NCBI GenBank assembly: GCA_020722205.1
Contig: DYLF01000005.1
Location: 1 to 59,490 of the forward strand
DNA: 59,490 nt
Reading direction: 5' to 3'
DNA from: Desulfobacca acetoxidans
GTDB lineage: Bacteria; Desulfobacterota; Desulfobaccia; Desulfobaccales; 0-14-0-80-60-11
The stretch's first letter is position 1. The number at the start of each line of letters is the position of its first letter. Under the pieces are notes generated by a model. The model was not told the origin of the DNA. It was given only the letters and a program-made list of their open reading frames with translations, and searched no databases. Position numbers and translations under genes: made by a program. This document shows, one piece after another, positions 29,397-40,994 of this stretch.

Positions 29397-32300
29397 ATGG
29401 AAAAACCTCAGGATGTAAAATTAGAGGATTTGAATAGCCTGTTCGCCCGGCCTGAAGATCCTCTCACCATAGAAGCGGTGCGGCTGTCCTTGGCTTCGCC
29501 GGACATGATCCGCTCCTGGTCTTATGGAGAGGTGAAAAAGCCTGAGACTATCAATTACCGCACCTTCAAGCCGGAGCGGGACGGTCTGTTCTGCGCCAAA
29601 ATCTTTGGCCCCGCCAAAGATTATGAGTGCAACTGCGGCAAATACAAACGCATGAAACATCGCGGCATCACCTGCGAAAAGTGTGGTGTGGAGGTGATTC
29701 AGTCCAAGGTTAGACGGGAAAGGATGGGCCACATCGAACTGGCTTCTCCGGTGGTACACATCTGGTTTTTGAAAAGCCTGCCCAGCAAAATCGGCAACCT
29801 GCTGGACCTGACCCTCAAAGAGCTCGAGAGAATCCTTTACTTCGAAGCCTACGTAGTCGTTGACCAGGGAGACACCAACGACCCGGACCTGGAGCCCGGC
29901 AAACTCCTATCTGAAGAAAAATACCGTCAGAAGCGGGAGGAATATGGTGACCGCTTCCAGGCCGGAATGGGGGCGGAGGTTGTCCGGGAGATGCTGAGAA
30001 AGCTTGATTTGGATAACCTGTCCCAGACGGTGCGCGCCGAGATGGCCCGCACCCACTCCGATGCCAAACGCAAAAAATTGGGCAAGCGCCTGAAAATCAT
30101 CGACTCTTTTCGTGAATCCGGGCAACGCCCCGAGTGGATGGTCTTGGAAGTCATCCCGGTTCTGCCGCCTGACTTGCGGCCTTTGGTCCATCTGGATGGC
30201 GGCCGCTTTGCCACCTCTGACCTCAACGACCTTTACCGCCGGGTCATCAACCGCAACAACCGCCTGAAGCGCCTGTTGGAGCTGAACGCGCCAGACATCA
30301 TCATCCGTAACGAGAAACGCATGCTTCAGGAGGCCGTGGACGTTCTTTTTGAAAACGGACGGCGCGGCCGCACCATCACCGGACCTAACAAAAGACCGCT
30401 GAAATCTCTGAGTGACATGCTCAAGGGCAAACAGGGACGGTTCCGCCAGAACCTCCTGGGCAAACGTGTTGATTACTCCGGCAGATCGGTCATCGTCATC
30501 GGCCCGGAACTGCGGTTACATCAGTGCGGCCTGCCCAAGCAGATGGCCCTGGAGCTTTTCAAGCCTTTCATTTTCCATAAGTTGGTGACCAGAGGCTACG
30601 CTACTACCATCAAAGTGGCTAAAAAACTGGTGGAGCGGGAAACTCCCGAAGTCTGGGACATCCTCGAAGAGGTGGTGCGGGAACATGCCGTCCTGCTCAA
30701 TCGGGCGCCCACCCTCCACCGCTTGGGCATCCAAGCATTTGAACCCATCCTGATCGAAGGTAAAGCCATTCAGCTTCACCCTCTGGTCTGCACCGCCTTC
30801 AACGCCGACTTCGACGGCGACCAAATGGCCGTCCATGTGCCGTTGTCCATCGAAGCCCAGATTGAAGCCCGGACCTTGATGATGTCCACCAACAACATCC
30901 TCTCACCGGCCAACGGCGACCCCATCATTATCCCCACCCAAGATATCGTCTTGGGACTCTACTATCTCACCAGAGAACGACCTTTTGCCCGAGGAGAACG
31001 GGTTGCTGCCAACGGCCGTAAACCGGTACCTTTCGCCTCACCTGAGGAGGTCCGGATTGCTTTCGACCAAGGCCAGGTCGACTTGCAGGCCCGCATTCCG
31101 GTGCGGATTGGGGGACGCCTTTACCAGACCACCGTGGGTCGAGTGTTGCTTTATGAAATTTTCCCCCCCGCCTTATCTTTTGATCTGGTCAACACCACCA
31201 TGACCAAAAAGGAAATCCGCAAGATCATCGCCGTGGCCTATCGTAAGGTCGGCATCAAACAGACCGTCATTTTGGCCGACCGCCTCAAAGACCTGGGCTA
31301 TAAGTATGCCACCCAGGCCGGCCTGTCCATCGGCATCAACGACATGGTCATTCCCCAGCGCAAGGCGGAAATCCTGGAACGAGCCCGAGCTGAGGTGGAC
31401 CAGGTCGAAGAACAATACCAGGAAGGCCTGATCACGGAAGGGGAAAAATATAATAAGGTAGTGGACATCTGGGCCAAGGCCACGGACGAAGTGGCGGCGG
31501 AAATGATGGCCGAAATGGCCTCCGAAAAGGTCACCGTGGAGGAGAAGGACCACACCACCGGCCAAACCATCGTCCACCAAGAGGAAATCACCAGTTTCAA
31601 CCCCATCTTTATGATGGCCGATTCCGGCGCCCGGGGCAGCAAAGACCAAATGCGCCAGTTGGCCGGCATGCGGGGTCTGATGGCCAAACCTTCCGGGGAA
31701 ATCATCGAAACCCCCATAAAAGCCAATTTCCGGGAAGGACTGACTGTTTTGGAATACTTCATTTCCACCCACGGTGCCCGCAAAGGTCTGGCTGACACCG
31801 CTTTGAAGACCGCCAACTCCGGCTACCTGACCCGCCGACTGGTGGATGTCGCCCAAGATGCCGTAATCAATGAAATTGACTGCGGCACCATCGACGGCAT
31901 CTATGTTACTTCCCTGGTGGAAGGCGGAGAGATCATCGAACGCGTGAAAGATCGCGTACTCGGACGCACCGCACTCTATGATATCGTCGACCCGCATACC
32001 GGCGAAGTGCTGGTCAGGGCCAACGAGGAAATCGATGAAGAAGCGGCGGAGCGTATCGAAGAGGCCGGGCTGGAAAAAGTCGAAATCCGCTCAGTGCTCA
32101 CCTGCCAAACCAAACGAGGCGTCTGCGCCAAATGCTACGGCCGGGATTTGGCCCATGGCACCCCGGTCAACATCGGAGAGGCCATCGGCATTCTGGCCGC
32201 TCAATCCATCGGCGAGCCAGGCACCCAGCTCACCATGCGCACCTTCCACATCGGCGGCACCGCTTCCCGTCGGGCCGAGCAGAGCTTTCATACCGCCCGG

Positions 32301-33635
32301 GTTAAAGGCCGGGTGCGCTTTGATAACGTCAAGTACGTCGAAGACCGCTTCGGAGAGCTGGTCAACCTGAGCCGCTCAGCCGATTTGGTGCTTCTCAGTG
32401 AGAAAGGCATCGAGCGTGAGCGCTACCCGCTTGCCTACGGAGCACACATTAAAGTACGAGAGGGCCAGGAAGTCCAGGCCAACCAGTTACTGGCCGAATG
32501 GGACCCCTTTACCAACCCCATGCTCACCGAAGTGGGTGGGATCATAAAATTTGGGGATATTATTGAAAATGTGACCATGCAGGAACGCGTCGACGAGACT
32601 ACCAAGAAGGTCTATCGGTTCATTATCGATAGCCGCGACCAGGAATTGCGCCCGCGCATCTCCGTCAAAGATGAATTCGGCCAAACCGCCCGCATTCCCG
32701 GCTCCCCGGCCTCGGCCCGATATTTTATGCCGGTGGGGGCTATCCTCATGGTCAATGAAGGCGATCAGGTCTTCCCGGGTGACGTCATCGCCAAAATCCC
32801 ACGGGAGACCATGAAAACCAAGGATATTACCGGCGGGCTGCCGCGGGTGGCGGAACTCTTTGAGGTCAGAAAACCCAAGGAAACTGCTATCATCAGCGAA
32901 ATCAGCGGAGTGGTCTCCTTCGGCCGCCATATCAAAGGGAAACGCAAAATCATCGTTACCCCCGATGTGGGCAAACCCAAAGAGTACTTGATTCCCAAAG
33001 GCAAGCACGTGGCCGTCCAGGAAGGCGACTATGTCAGGGCCGGCGAATCCTTGATGGACGGCTCCGCCAACCCTCATGACATCCTTAACATCAGCGGTTT
33101 GAAAGACCTGGCCCGCTATCTGGTGGACGAGGTCCAGGAAGTTTACCGCCTCCAGGGAGTGAAGATCAACGACAAACACATCGAGGTCATCGTCCGCCAG
33201 ATGTTGAGAAGAGTCAGGGTGGTGGACCCTGGCGACACCGACTTCCTAATCGGAGAGCAGGTGGAAAAATGGGTGTTCGAGGAAAAAAACGATCAAGCTG
33301 TAGCTCAAGGGAAGCGGCCGGCCACCGGTGAACCCCTCCTGCTGGGCATCACTAAAGCCTCTCTAACCACAGAGAGCTGGATTTCAGCAGCCTCTTTCCA
33401 AGAGACCACCAAGGTCTTGGCGGACGCCGCGGTGCAGGGAAAAATCGACCACCTCTATGGCTTAAAAGAAAACGTCATCATGGGACGCCTCATCCCAGCC
33501 GGTACCGGCTTGGAAGAATATCGCAATCTGAACATTAAACTGGACAAGGAGGCGGAACTTCCTCTCCACCCATCGGAAGCTGAAGTGGCCCCGGCACTCG
33601 AGATGGCTGTCGGCGGAGAAGAAGCGACCATTTAG
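29397..33635 (+). CDS. rpoC: DNA-directed RNA polymerase subunit beta'
   Basis: Zinc motif [20 protein letters not shown] and catalytic NADFDGD. I chose the ATG at 29397 (MEKPQDV...) by alignment of the N-terminal length to known RpoC. The ORF track TTG at 29367 is the alternative. Confidence 0.97.
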   Translation: MEKPQDVKLEDLNSLFARPEDPLTIEAVRLSLASPDMIRSWSYGEVKKPETINYRTFKPERDGLFCAKIFGPAKDYECNCGKYKRMKHRGITCEKCGVEVIQSKVRRERMGHIELASPVVHIWFLKSLPSKIGNLLDLTLKELERILYFEAYVVVDQGDTNDPDLEPGKLLSEEKYRQKREEYGDRFQAGMGAEVVREMLRKLDLDNLSQTVRAEMARTHSDAKRKKLGKRLKIIDSFRESGQRPEWMVLEVIPVLPPDLRPLVHLDGGRFATSDLNDLYRRVINRNNRLKRLLELNAPDIIIRNEKRMLQEAVDVLFENGRRGRTITGPNKRPLKSLSDMLKGKQGRFRQNLLGKRVDYSGRSVIVIGPELRLHQCGLPKQMALELFKPFIFHKLVTRGYATTIKVAKKLVERETPEVWDILEEVVREHAVLLNRAPTLHRLGIQAFEPILIEGKAIQLHPLVCTAFNADFDGDQMAVHVPLSIEAQIEARTLMMSTNNILSPANGDPIIIPTQDIVLGLYYLTRERPFARGERVAANGRKPVPFASPEEVRIAFDQGQVDLQARIPVRIGGRLYQTTVGRVLLYEIFPPALSFDLVNTTMTKKEIRKIIAVAYRKVGIKQTVILADRLKDLGYKYATQAGLSIGINDMVIPQRKAEILERARAEVDQVEEQYQEGLITEGEKYNKVVDIWAKATDEVAAEMMAEMASEKVTVEEKDHTTGQTIVHQEEITSFNPIFMMADSGARGSKDQMRQLAGMRGLMAKPSGEIIETPIKANFREGLTVLEYFISTHGARKGLADTALKTANSGYLTRRLVDVAQDAVINEIDCGTIDGIYVTSLVEGGEIIERVKDRVLGRTALYDIVDPHTGEVLVRANEEIDEEAAERIEEAGLEKVEIRSVLTCQTKRGVCAKCYGRDLAHGTPVNIGEAIGILAAQSIGEPGTQLTMRTFHIGGTASRRAEQSFHTARVKGRVRFDNVKYVEDRFGELVNLSRSADLVLLSEKGIERERYPLAYGAHIKVREGQEVQANQLLAEWDPFTNPMLTEVGGIIKFGDIIENVTMQERVDETTKKVYRFIIDSRDQELRPRISVKDEFGQTARIPGSPASARYFMPVGAILMVNEGDQVFPGDVIAKIPRETMKTKDITGGLPRVAELFEVRKPKETAIISEISGVVSFGRHIKGKRKIIVTPDVGKPKEYLIPKGKHVAVQEGDYVRAGESLMDGSANPHDILNISGLKDLARYLVDEVQEVYRLQGVKINDKHIEVIVRQMLRRVRVVDPGDTDFLIGEQVEKWVFEEKNDQAVAQGKRPATGEPLLLGITKASLTTESWISAASFQETTKVLADAAVQGKIDHLYGLKENVIMGRLIPAGTGLEEYRNLNIKLDKEAELPLHPSEAEVAPALEMAVGGEEATI

Positions 33636-33683
33636 CTAAATGATCTCTGGTCTTGAACAATTAACTATCTGGCTACAAAGAGA

Positions 33684-33719
33684 TTGACAACGGAGATAAT
33701 TTTCTATAAAAGATATAAT
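33684..33719 (+). promoter_or_regulatory. promoter candidate for the str operon (rpsL)
   Basis: AT-rich island containing TTGACA (33684-89), a 15-nt spacer and TATAAA (33705-10), plus a TATAAT at 33714-19. It lies 45-80 nt upstream of rpsL. The spacing is not ideal. Confidence 0.35.
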
Positions 33720-33764
33720 TTTTAGTGGCCTCGGTCATTTAGGCGCCAAAAAGTAGGAGAACCT

Positions 33765-34136
33765 ATGCCGACCATCAACCAACTGGTGCGCAAGGGACGG
33801 GAAAAGATAAAAAAACGCACTGCCTCCCCGGCCTTGCAAAGCTGTCCCCAGAAACGGGGAGTCTGTGTCAGGGTTTATACCACGACTCCTAAAAAGCCCA
33901 ATTCAGCCTTGCGTAAAGTGGCCCGGGTAAGACTTACCAATGGTATCGAAGTGACCACCTATATCCCGGGGGTGGGCCACAATCTGCAGGAACACTCCGT
34001 AGTCATGATCCGGGGGGGCCGTGTCAAAGACCTGCCCGGGGTACGTTACCATGTGGTGCGGGGCACACTGGACGCCTCAGGAGTCCAGGACCGGCGGCGA
34101 GGCCGATCCAAGTACGGCGCCAAAAGGCCAAAGTAA
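33765..34136 (+). CDS. rpsL: 30S ribosomal protein S12
   Basis: [14 protein letters not shown]...[16 protein letters not shown] is the S12 signature. Confidence 0.98.
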   Translation: MPTINQLVRKGREKIKKRTASPALQSCPQKRGVCVRVYTTTPKKPNSALRKVARVRLTNGIEVTTYIPGVGHNLQEHSVVMIRGGRVKDLPGVRYHVVRGTLDASGVQDRRRGRSKYGAKRPK

Positions 34137-34153
34137 GGATTGTCGGTTGCGGA

Positions 34154-34202
34154 CTGGGAATTGGTGCTTTCCAACTCCCAACTCCCGATTCTCAATTCCC
34201 AG
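34154..34202 (+). promoter_or_regulatory. intercistronic hairpin in the rpsL-rpsG spacer (possible S7 autoregulatory site)
   Basis: A perfect 10-bp inverted repeat, CTGGGAATTG (34154-63) / CAATTCCCAG (34193-202), encloses the heptamer array CCAACTC CCAACTC CCGATTC TCAATTC (34171-98). It ends 19 nt before the rpsG ATG. Confidence 0.35.
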
Positions 34203-34221
34203 AGAAAAAAAAGAGGTTGTA

Positions 34222-34692
34222 ATGCCCAGGAAAGGTGGCGTAATAAAACGGGTCATTCTTCCCGACCTGAAATATCAGGATCCCTTGGTCAGCCGGTTTA
34301 TCAATGGCTTGATGCGCCGGGGGAAAAAGAGTGTCGCACAACGCATCTTTTATCATGCCCTGGACATCATCGCCCAACGCACCAAGGATGATCCCCTCAA
34401 AGTGTTCCACCTAGCCATGGATAATGTTAAACCTCTGATTGAGGTGAAATCCCGGCGAGTCGGCGGGGCTACCTATCAGGTGCCGGTGGAAGTGCGACAC
34501 GATCGCCGCACCTCCTTGGCCATTCGCTGGATCATTGGGTTTTCCAAGACCCGGGGCGAGAAGTCCATGGAAACCAAGCTGGCCGGAGAATTGATGGACG
34601 CCGCCCAGAACAAGGGAGGCTCTATTAAAAAACGGGAAGACACTCATAGGATGGCGGAAGCCAACAAGGCCTTTGCCCATTATCGTTGGTAA
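34222..34692 (+). CDS. rpsG: 30S ribosomal protein S7
   Basis: [28 protein letters not shown]... ending in HYRW. The ATG at 34222 follows AAGAGG. The ORF track start at 34021 overlaps rpsL and I rejected it. Confidence 0.97.
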   Translation: MPRKGGVIKRVILPDLKYQDPLVSRFINGLMRRGKKSVAQRIFYHALDIIAQRTKDDPLKVFHLAMDNVKPLIEVKSRRVGGATYQVPVEVRHDRRTSLAIRWIIGFSKTRGEKSMETKLAGELMDAAQNKGGSIKKREDTHRMAEANKAFAHYRW

Positions 34693-34698
34693 AAGGCG

Positions 34699-36777
34699 GT
34701 GCCGCGACAAATTCCCTTACAACGGGTTCGGAACATTGGTTTTATGGCCCACATAGACGCCGGAAAGACCACGACCACTGAACGTATCCTCTTCTATACG
34801 GGAGTGACTCACCGCATGGGAGAGGTGCATGATGGGGAAGCCGTGATGGATTGGATGATCCAGGAACAGGAACGGGGGATTACCATCACCTCCGCCGCTA
34901 CCACCTGTTTCTGGAAAGACCACCGTATCAATATTATCGATACCCCCGGTCATGTTGATTTCACCATCGAAGTCGAAAGGGCTTTGCGGGTGCTTGACGG
35001 CGTGGTGGCAGTATTTGACGCCGTGGCCGGAGTGGAGCCACAAACCGAGACCGTATGGAGACAAGCGGAACGCTACGGCGTTCCCATATTGGCCTTCGTC
35101 AATAAAATGGACCGCATGGGGGCCGATCTGTTCCGCTGCCAAGAGATGATGAAGGAAAGGCTTAATGCCAACCCGGTGCTCGTACAACTTCCAATGGGCG
35201 AAGAAGAACGATTTCAGGGGGTGATTGACCTTATTACCTCACGCGCCATAGCCTATGAAAGCACCGGCCCAGGAGTGGACTTTACCGTCGCCGATATCCC
35301 GGCAGATTACCGGGAACTGGCCCACACCCAAAGGCTTAAGCTCATCGAAGCCCTGGCGGAAATTGACGATACCATCATGGAGCGCTACCTGGCCGACGAA
35401 CCGGTGGCACCCGAACTGATTAAACAGGCCCTGCGCCAGGGCACCATCCGCTCCCAACTGGTGCCGGTGCTCTGTGGCTCCGCCTTTAAGAATAAAGGAG
35501 TCCAACCATTATTGGACGCGGTGGTGGATTTCCTCCCCTCACCCCTTGATAAACCACCGGTACATGGTCTGGACCCCAAAGGTAACTTGATCGTTCGGCC
35601 GGCTGCGGACGATGCCCCCTTGGCAGCCCTGGCTTTCAAGTTGCTTTCTGACCCCTTTGTCGGTCACCTGACCTTCATCCGGGTCTATGCGGGCATCCTC
35701 AAATCCGGCAGCACCGTGTGGAACGCCACCAAAGGCGTCAAAGAACGCATCGGCCGTTTGCTCAAGATGCACGCCAACAAGCGGGAGGAGATCGATGCTG
35801 CCTATGCCGGCGATATCGTGGCCGCCGTGGGGTTGCGGCACGCTACTACCGGGGACACCCTGGCAGACGAACGGGCCCCTCTGACTCTGGAAAGCTTGTG
35901 GATTCCCCAACCGGTGATCGATATCGCCATTGAGCCCAAAACTAAGGTGGACCAAGACAAACTGGGCCAAGCCCTGCATCGCATCGCCGCCGAAGACCCC
36001 TCATTTCGAGTGCACCAGGACACCGAGACCGGACAAACTATCATCTCCGGGATGGGGGAGTTACATTTGGAGATCATCACCGATCGCCTGACCCGCGAAT
36101 TCAAGGTGGATGCCAGAGTCGGACGTCCTCAGGTCTCCTATCGGGAAACCATCACCGAACCAGCCTCTGCCGAAGGTCGCTTCGTCCGCCAAACCGGCGG
36201 CCGGGGTCAATACGGACATGTCTTCCTGACGGTCACCCCTTTGCCGACGGGGAGCGGTATCGTTTTCGAGAACAAGATTGTCGGCGGCTCCATCCCCCGG
36301 GAATATATTCCCGCCGTGGAAAAGGGCATCCGAGACGCAGCCGCCACCGGTATCATGGGCTACCCTATGTTAGATTTGGCAGTTGCCTTGCTGGATGGCT
36401 CCTATCACGAAGTGGACTCCTCTGAACGGGCCTTCCAAATAGCTGCCTCTATGGGCTTTAAAGAAGCCGTCAGAAAGGCCCGACCGGTCCTGTTGGAACC
36501 CATTATGTCCCTGGAAGTCGTTACCCCAGAGGATTTTGTGGGCGAAGTCCTGGGCGAAATTAATGCCCGCCGGGGCCGGATTCTGGGCATGGAGAGCCGC
36601 GGCGCGGTGAAGACCATCCAGACCCACGTGCCACTGGCCACTATGTTCGGCTATGCCACCACCTTAAGAAGCGTCACCCAGGGACGGGCTACCTTTTCCA
36701 TGCAATTCGATCACTATGAGCCGGTTTCCGCCCACTTGGCGGAAGAAATCTTGGGGCGGCGAAAGTTGAGCGCCTGA
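34699..36777 (+). CDS. fusA: elongation factor G
   Basis: 692 aa. [22 protein letters not shown]1 motif, [16 protein letters not shown] start. Confidence 0.98.
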   Translation: MPRQIPLQRVRNIGFMAHIDAGKTTTTERILFYTGVTHRMGEVHDGEAVMDWMIQEQERGITITSAATTCFWKDHRINIIDTPGHVDFTIEVERALRVLDGVVAVFDAVAGVEPQTETVWRQAERYGVPILAFVNKMDRMGADLFRCQEMMKERLNANPVLVQLPMGEEERFQGVIDLITSRAIAYESTGPGVDFTVADIPADYRELAHTQRLKLIEALAEIDDTIMERYLADEPVAPELIKQALRQGTIRSQLVPVLCGSAFKNKGVQPLLDAVVDFLPSPLDKPPVHGLDPKGNLIVRPAADDAPLAALAFKLLSDPFVGHLTFIRVYAGILKSGSTVWNATKGVKERIGRLLKMHANKREEIDAAYAGDIVAAVGLRHATTGDTLADERAPLTLESLWIPQPVIDIAIEPKTKVDQDKLGQALHRIAAEDPSFRVHQDTETGQTIISGMGELHLEIITDRLTREFKVDARVGRPQVSYRETITEPASAEGRFVRQTGGRGQYGHVFLTVTPLPTGSGIVFENKIVGGSIPREYIPAVEKGIRDAAATGIMGYPMLDLAVALLDGSYHEVDSSERAFQIAASMGFKEAVRKARPVLLEPIMSLEVVTPEDFVGEVLGEINARRGRILGMESRGAVKTIQTHVPLATMFGYATTLRSVTQGRATFSMQFDHYEPVSAHLAEEILGRRKLSA

Positions 36778-36851
36778 CCCCGGGGCTAGGTGAGCACGCC
36801 TGCCCCATTAACGGTGCCCAAAATGCACCTTATATTTTGGGAGGAACTTCC

Positions 36852-38047
36852 AGATGGCCAAGAAAAAGTTTGAGAGGACCAAGCCGCATGTGAACGTGGG
36901 GACGATCGGTCACATCGATCATGGCAAGACGACCCTGACTTCGGCCATTACCAAACACTTGGCCAAGAAGGGCATGGCTGCTTATATTCCCTTTGACCAG
37001 ATCGACAAGGCGCCGGAAGAGAAAGAGCGGGGGATTACCATTGCCTTGGCACACGTCGAATATGAGACCCCCCATCGCCACTATGCCCACGTGGACTGCC
37101 CGGGCCATGCGGACTACATCAAGAATATGATTACCGGTGCGGCCCAGATGGACGGGGCCATTTTGGTGGTGGGGGCCGATGACGGTCCCATGCCCCAGAC
37201 CCGGGAGCACATTTTGTTGGCCCGCCAGGTAGGGGTGCCCTATATTGTGGTGTTCCTGAACAAGGTGGACATGGTGGATGACCCGGAGCTTATCGAGTTG
37301 GTGGAGCTGGAACTCCGGGAGTTGCTGTCCAAGTATGATTTTCCGGGCGATGACATTCCCATCATCAAGGGTTCAGCCTTGAAGGCCTTGGAGGCGGACG
37401 ATTTCAACGCCCCGGAGGTGAAACCCATCTTTGAGCTCATAGAGGCCCTGGACCACTATATTCCGGAGCCGCTGCGGGCAGTGGACAAGCCTTTCCTGAT
37501 GCCCATCGAGGATGTGTTCAGCATCTCCGGCCGGGGCACGGTGGTGACCGGCCGGGTGGAGCGCGGGCAGATCAAGGTGGGGGACGAAGTGGAGATAGTG
37601 GGCTTTGCCCCCACCCAGAAGACGGTGGTTACCGGGGTGGAGATGTTCCGTAAGACGCTGGACTATGGCCAGGCGGGAGACAACGTGGGCCTGCTGCTGC
37701 GCGGCATCAAGAAGGATGAGGTGGAGCGGGGTCAGGTGGTGGCCAAACCGGGCTCCATCACGCCCCACACTAAGTTCAAGGCCGAGGTCTATGTGCTCAC
37801 CAAAGAGGAAGGTGGGCGCCATACCCCGTTTTTTGCCGGCTATCGCCCCCAGTTTTATCTGCGCACCACTGACGTCACCGGGGTGGTGACGCTGCCCGCA
37901 GGTGTAGAGATGGTGATGCCGGGTGACAATGTCTCCCTTGAGGTGCACCTCATCACTCCGGTGGCACTGGAGAAAGAACTGCGCTTCGCCATCCGGGAGG
38001 GCGGTCGCACCGTCGGCGCCGGCGTGGTAAGCGATATCATCGAGTAG
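36852..38047. repeat. 1196-bp exact duplicate (tuf copy 2) of 20368-21563
   Basis: See the partner entry at 20368. The offset between copies is 16484 nt. Confidence 0.9.
36854..38047 (+). CDS. tuf: elongation factor Tu (copy 2, tufA-like context after fusA)
   Basis: The protein is identical to copy 1. GGGAGG SD at 36839-44. Confidence 0.98.
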   Translation: MAKKKFERTKPHVNVGTIGHIDHGKTTLTSAITKHLAKKGMAAYIPFDQIDKAPEEKERGITIALAHVEYETPHRHYAHVDCPGHADYIKNMITGAAQMDGAILVVGADDGPMPQTREHILLARQVGVPYIVVFLNKVDMVDDPELIELVELELRELLSKYDFPGDDIPIIKGSALKALEADDFNAPEVKPIFELIEALDHYIPEPLRAVDKPFLMPIEDVFSISGRGTVVTGRVERGQIKVGDEVEIVGFAPTQKTVVTGVEMFRKTLDYGQAGDNVGLLLRGIKKDEVERGQVVAKPGSITPHTKFKAEVYVLTKEEGGRHTPFFAGYRPQFYLRTTDVTGVVTLPAGVEMVMPGDNVSLEVHLITPVALEKELRFAIREGGRTVGAGVVSDIIE

Positions 38048-38058
38048 GCTGAAAAAGT

Positions 38059-38367
38059 ATGCTCACCTCCAAGATTCGTATTCGTTTGCGTTCTTATGAC
38101 CATAAGCTGTTGGACAAGTCCGTGCAGGAGATTGTGGAGACAGCCAGGAGTACTGGCGCCCGGGTTGCCGGCCCTATTCCATTGCCTACGGAAATTAACA
38201 AATTCTGTGTGCTGCGTTCTCCGCACATCGACAAAAAATCCCGGGAGCAGTTCGAAATCCGGACGTATAAACGACTCCTGGATATCATGGAACCTACCCA
38301 ACAGACCATGGACGCCATCAGTAAACTGGATCTGGCGGCAGGTGTGGATGTGGAAATCAGAGTCTAG
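38059..38367 (+). CDS. rpsJ: 30S ribosomal protein S10
   Basis: [21 protein letters not shown]... is the S10 pattern. The gene starts 11 nt after the tuf stop. Confidence 0.98.
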   Translation: MLTSKIRIRLRSYDHKLLDKSVQEIVETARSTGARVAGPIPLPTEINKFCVLRSPHIDKKSREQFEIRTYKRLLDIMEPTQQTMDAISKLDLAAGVDVEIRV

Positions 38368-38394
38368 GTTTTCGTTTCTATTTTTCGGTTTTCA
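38367..38394. repeat. T-rich degenerate 7-nt array GGTTTTC GTTTCTA TTTTTCG GTTTTCA
   Basis: Begins at the last base of the rpsJ stop codon. It is an imperfect reverse complement of the CAGAAAA array at 38438. Confidence 0.6.
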
Positions 38395-38437
38395 GTCGAA
38401 TATGAAGACACCACGGCTTGCTTCCCTCACTGAAATG

Positions 38438-38465
38438 CAGAAAACAGAAAACAGAAAACAGAAAA
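38438..38465. repeat. perfect tandem repeat (CAGAAAA)x4
   Basis: CAG starts at 38438, 38445, 38452 and 38459. The array is followed by CCGGAG (the rplC SD) and the ATG at 38478. Confidence 0.9.
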
Positions 38466-38477
38466 CCGGAGTATAGA

Positions 38478-39104
38478 ATGCCTGGCGGAATAATCGGCAA
38501 AAAAATCGGTATGACCCGCATCTTCGATGAAGATGGGGTGATTGTCCCTGTCACCGTCATCGAAGCAGGGCCATGCTTTGTAGTACAAAAGAAAACCCAA
38601 CACACCGACGGCTACGAGGCCTTGCAACTCGGATTTATCCGCAAGCCTTTGGTGAAATGCAACCGGCCCCTCAAAGGACATCTGGAAAAACACGGCAGCA
38701 AGAGCGGCTTTCAGTACCTGAAGGAGTTTCGGGTGGGAGGAGCCGAGAATTATTTGCCGGGCCAGGAGATTACCGTGGAACAGTTCGCCATCGGTGATCG
38801 CCTGGATGTCATCGGCGTCAGCAAGGGCAAAGGCTTTGCCGGCACCGTGAAACGCTGGCACTTCCACCGCGGCCCCATGACCCATGGCTCCATGTCACAC
38901 CGGGCCCCAGGCTCCATCGGCGCCAGTGCCTACCCCTCCCGGGTCTTTAAAGGCAAGAGACTACCCGGCCACATGGGTAACGTCCGGGTTACCGTCAAAA
39001 ATCTGGAAGTCATTGATGTGCGCCCGGAAGACAACCTGCTGTTGGTTAAAGGCGCCGTCCCCGGGCCTCGACAGGGTCTGCTCCTCATCAAAAAGGCGGG
39101 CTGA
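38478..39104 (+). CDS. rplC: 50S ribosomal protein L3
   Basis: [20 protein letters not shown]... is the L3 N-terminus, with a GGAG 6 nt upstream. The ORF track start at 38418 runs through the repeat array and I rejected it. Confidence 0.97.
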   Translation: MPGGIIGKKIGMTRIFDEDGVIVPVTVIEAGPCFVVQKKTQHTDGYEALQLGFIRKPLVKCNRPLKGHLEKHGSKSGFQYLKEFRVGGAENYLPGQEITVEQFAIGDRLDVIGVSKGKGFAGTVKRWHFHRGPMTHGSMSHRAPGSIGASAYPSRVFKGKRLPGHMGNVRVTVKNLEVIDVRPEDNLLLVKGAVPGPRQGLLLIKKAG

Positions 39105-39108
39105 TATT

Positions 39109-39732
39109 ATGCCGATGGTAGATATCTATAATATCAAGCGGGAAAAAGTGGGGGAACTCGAACTCAAAGACGAGATCTTTGGGGTAGAGATCAAGACCCC
39201 GGTGCTGCACGAGGTGGTCACCTGGCAACGAGCCAAACGCCGGGCCGGCACAGCCTCTACCAGAACCCGGGGCGAAGTCAGCGGCGGCGGCCGCAAACCC
39301 TGGCGTCAAAAGGGCACCGGCCGGGCCCGCGCCGGCTCCATACGCTCCCCTCTCTGGCGGGGTGGCGGCATCGTCTTCGGCCCCAAACCCCGGAGTTACG
39401 ACTATCCTCTGCCTAAGAAAATTAGACGCTTGGCCATGAAAATGGCCCTGAGCAGCAAGCTCCAAAACGGCCAACTGGTGGTGCTGGATGATTACCCCCA
39501 AACTACCCCCAAAACCAAAGATTTCGTGGCCGTCCTAAAAAACTTTGATATCGGCAAGGCACTCATCGTCACCTCTGGGGCGCACCAAACCCTGGAATTG
39601 TCCGCCCGCAACGTCCCGCAAGTGCATGTCCTGCCAACCGCTGGCTTAAATGTCTATGACATTCTGCGCTACGAGCACTTGCTCCTGTTGGCCCCGGCAG
39701 TCCCCCAGATCGAAGCGAGGTTGACCCCATGA
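39109..39732 (+). CDS. rplD: 50S ribosomal protein L4
   Basis: MPMVDIYNIKREKVGELEL...GGGRKPWRQKGTGRARAGSIRSPLWRGGG is the L4 signature. Confidence 0.97.
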   Translation: MPMVDIYNIKREKVGELELKDEIFGVEIKTPVLHEVVTWQRAKRRAGTASTRTRGEVSGGGRKPWRQKGTGRARAGSIRSPLWRGGGIVFGPKPRSYDYPLPKKIRRLAMKMALSSKLQNGQLVVLDDYPQTTPKTKDFVAVLKNFDIGKALIVTSGAHQTLELSARNVPQVHVLPTAGLNVYDILRYEHLLLLAPAVPQIEARLTP

Positions 39733-40019
39733 AGCCCCCTCATCACCTCATCAAAGGACCGATTATCACCGAAAAGACTCACAGCCTTAAAGGAATGGGC
39801 AATAAGGTGGCTTTTAGGGTGGACGTTAAGGCCAATAAGATAGAAATCCGCAAAATCGTGGAAGAGGTCTTCAAGGCAAAAGTCCTGGCTGTCAACACCG
39901 TGAAAATGAAAGGCAAGAAGAAACGTCTCGGACGGAGTGAAGGAATCCGGCCGGACTGGAAAAAGGCCATAGTCACCCTGGCCCCTGGCGAAAAATTAAG
40001 CGGCTTTGAAGCAATCTAG
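39729..40019 (+). CDS. rplW: 50S ribosomal protein L23
   Basis: 96 aa with an L23-like sequence (ITEKT...FRVD..ANK.EI...VE..F). ATGA overlap with the rplD stop. Confidence 0.96.
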   Translation: MKPPHHLIKGPIITEKTHSLKGMGNKVAFRVDVKANKIEIRKIVEEVFKAKVLAVNTVKMKGKKKRLGRSEGIRPDWKKAIVTLAPGEKLSGFEAI

Positions 40020-40071
40020 AATAACCTGTGGAAAACTTTGTAATCTGTTGATAAATCATTAAGGGAAGAAT

Positions 40072-40890
40072 ATGGCCATTATTCCTCGAAAACCCACCTC
40101 ACCAGGACGACGCTTTCAAACGGCCTCGGACTTTGCTGAGATTACCCGCACCTCCCCTGAGAAGAGCCTACTGCGGCCTCTCCGCAAATCCGGCGGTCGT
40201 AACAACGTTGGCCGCCTGACGGCACGCCACCGCGGCGGGGGACATAAGCGCCTCTACCGGCTTATTGATTTCAAGCGCGACAAAATCGATATCCCGGCCA
40301 GAGTCGCCTCCATTGAGTACGACCCTAACCGCAGCGCCCTGATTGCTCTCCTCTCGTACCGCGATGGCGATAAGCGCTACATTCTGGCCCCTCTGGGTCT
40401 GCAGGTGGGAGACGAAGTCATCGCTAGCCACGATGCTGATATCAAGCCGGGCAATTCCCTCCCCCTGCAAAATATTCCCGCCGGCACCTTGGTACACAAT
40501 GTCGAATTGAAACCTAGAAAGGGCGGCCAATTGGCCCGAGCTGCAGGAGCCGCAGCCCAGTTAATGGCCAAGGAGGGGAACTATGCCCATCTTAAGCTGC
40601 CCTCCGGCGAAGTGCGCATGGTGCACCTAAATTGCCGAGCCACCATCGGCCAACTCAGTAATGTGGAACATGAAAATATCTCTTTGGGGAAATCCGGCCG
40701 TCAACGCTGGCTGGGAAGGCGACCTCATACCCGCGGGGTCGCCATGAACCCGGTTGACCACCCCCTGGGGGGCGGCGAAGGCAAGTCCTCCGGCGGCCGC
40801 CATCCTTGCTCGCCCTGGGGCGTGCCTACTAAGGGTTTTAAAACCCGTAAACCCAAAGAAAGTGACCGTTGTATCATCAAGCGGCGCTGA
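40072..40890 (+). CDS. rplB: 50S ribosomal protein L2
   Basis: 272 aa with [23 protein letters not shown] and HPLGGGEGK motifs. Confidence 0.98.
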   Translation: MAIIPRKPTSPGRRFQTASDFAEITRTSPEKSLLRPLRKSGGRNNVGRLTARHRGGGHKRLYRLIDFKRDKIDIPARVASIEYDPNRSALIALLSYRDGDKRYILAPLGLQVGDEVIASHDADIKPGNSLPLQNIPAGTLVHNVELKPRKGGQLARAAGAAAQLMAKEGNYAHLKLPSGEVRMVHLNCRATIGQLSNVEHENISLGKSGRQRWLGRRPHTRGVAMNPVDHPLGGGEGKSSGGRHPCSPWGVPTKGFKTRKPKESDRCIIKRR

Positions 40891-40961
40891 TAATTTCGCC
40901 TTTTGGTTCAACGACGGCATTCTGCTTTGACACAGCTGACAATATTTAACTACATCAAAAA

Positions 40962-40984
40962 CAGAGAAACAGAGAACAGAATAA
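40962..40984. repeat. A-rich tandem units CAGAGAAA CAGAGAA CAGAATA
   Basis: CAG at 40962, 40970 and 40977 in the 104-nt rplB-rpsS spacer. Confidence 0.55.
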
Positions 40985-40994
40985 GGATATTCCC

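Noticed and set aside
34021-34221. Upstream extensions of ORF-track frames for rpsG (34021), rplC (38418), rplD (38884), rplJ (24035), tmk (1127) and res (54677).
   Set aside because: The extensions overlap the preceding gene or run through repeat arrays and do not match family N-termini. Internal starts with an SD fit the conserved N-termini.
38438-38465. Possible CRISPR array or other spaced-repeat system, suggested by the CAGAAAA repeats and similar arrays.
   Set aside because: The units are 7 nt, directly tandem with no spacers, and no cas genes are present. They are microsatellite-like arrays, not CRISPR.
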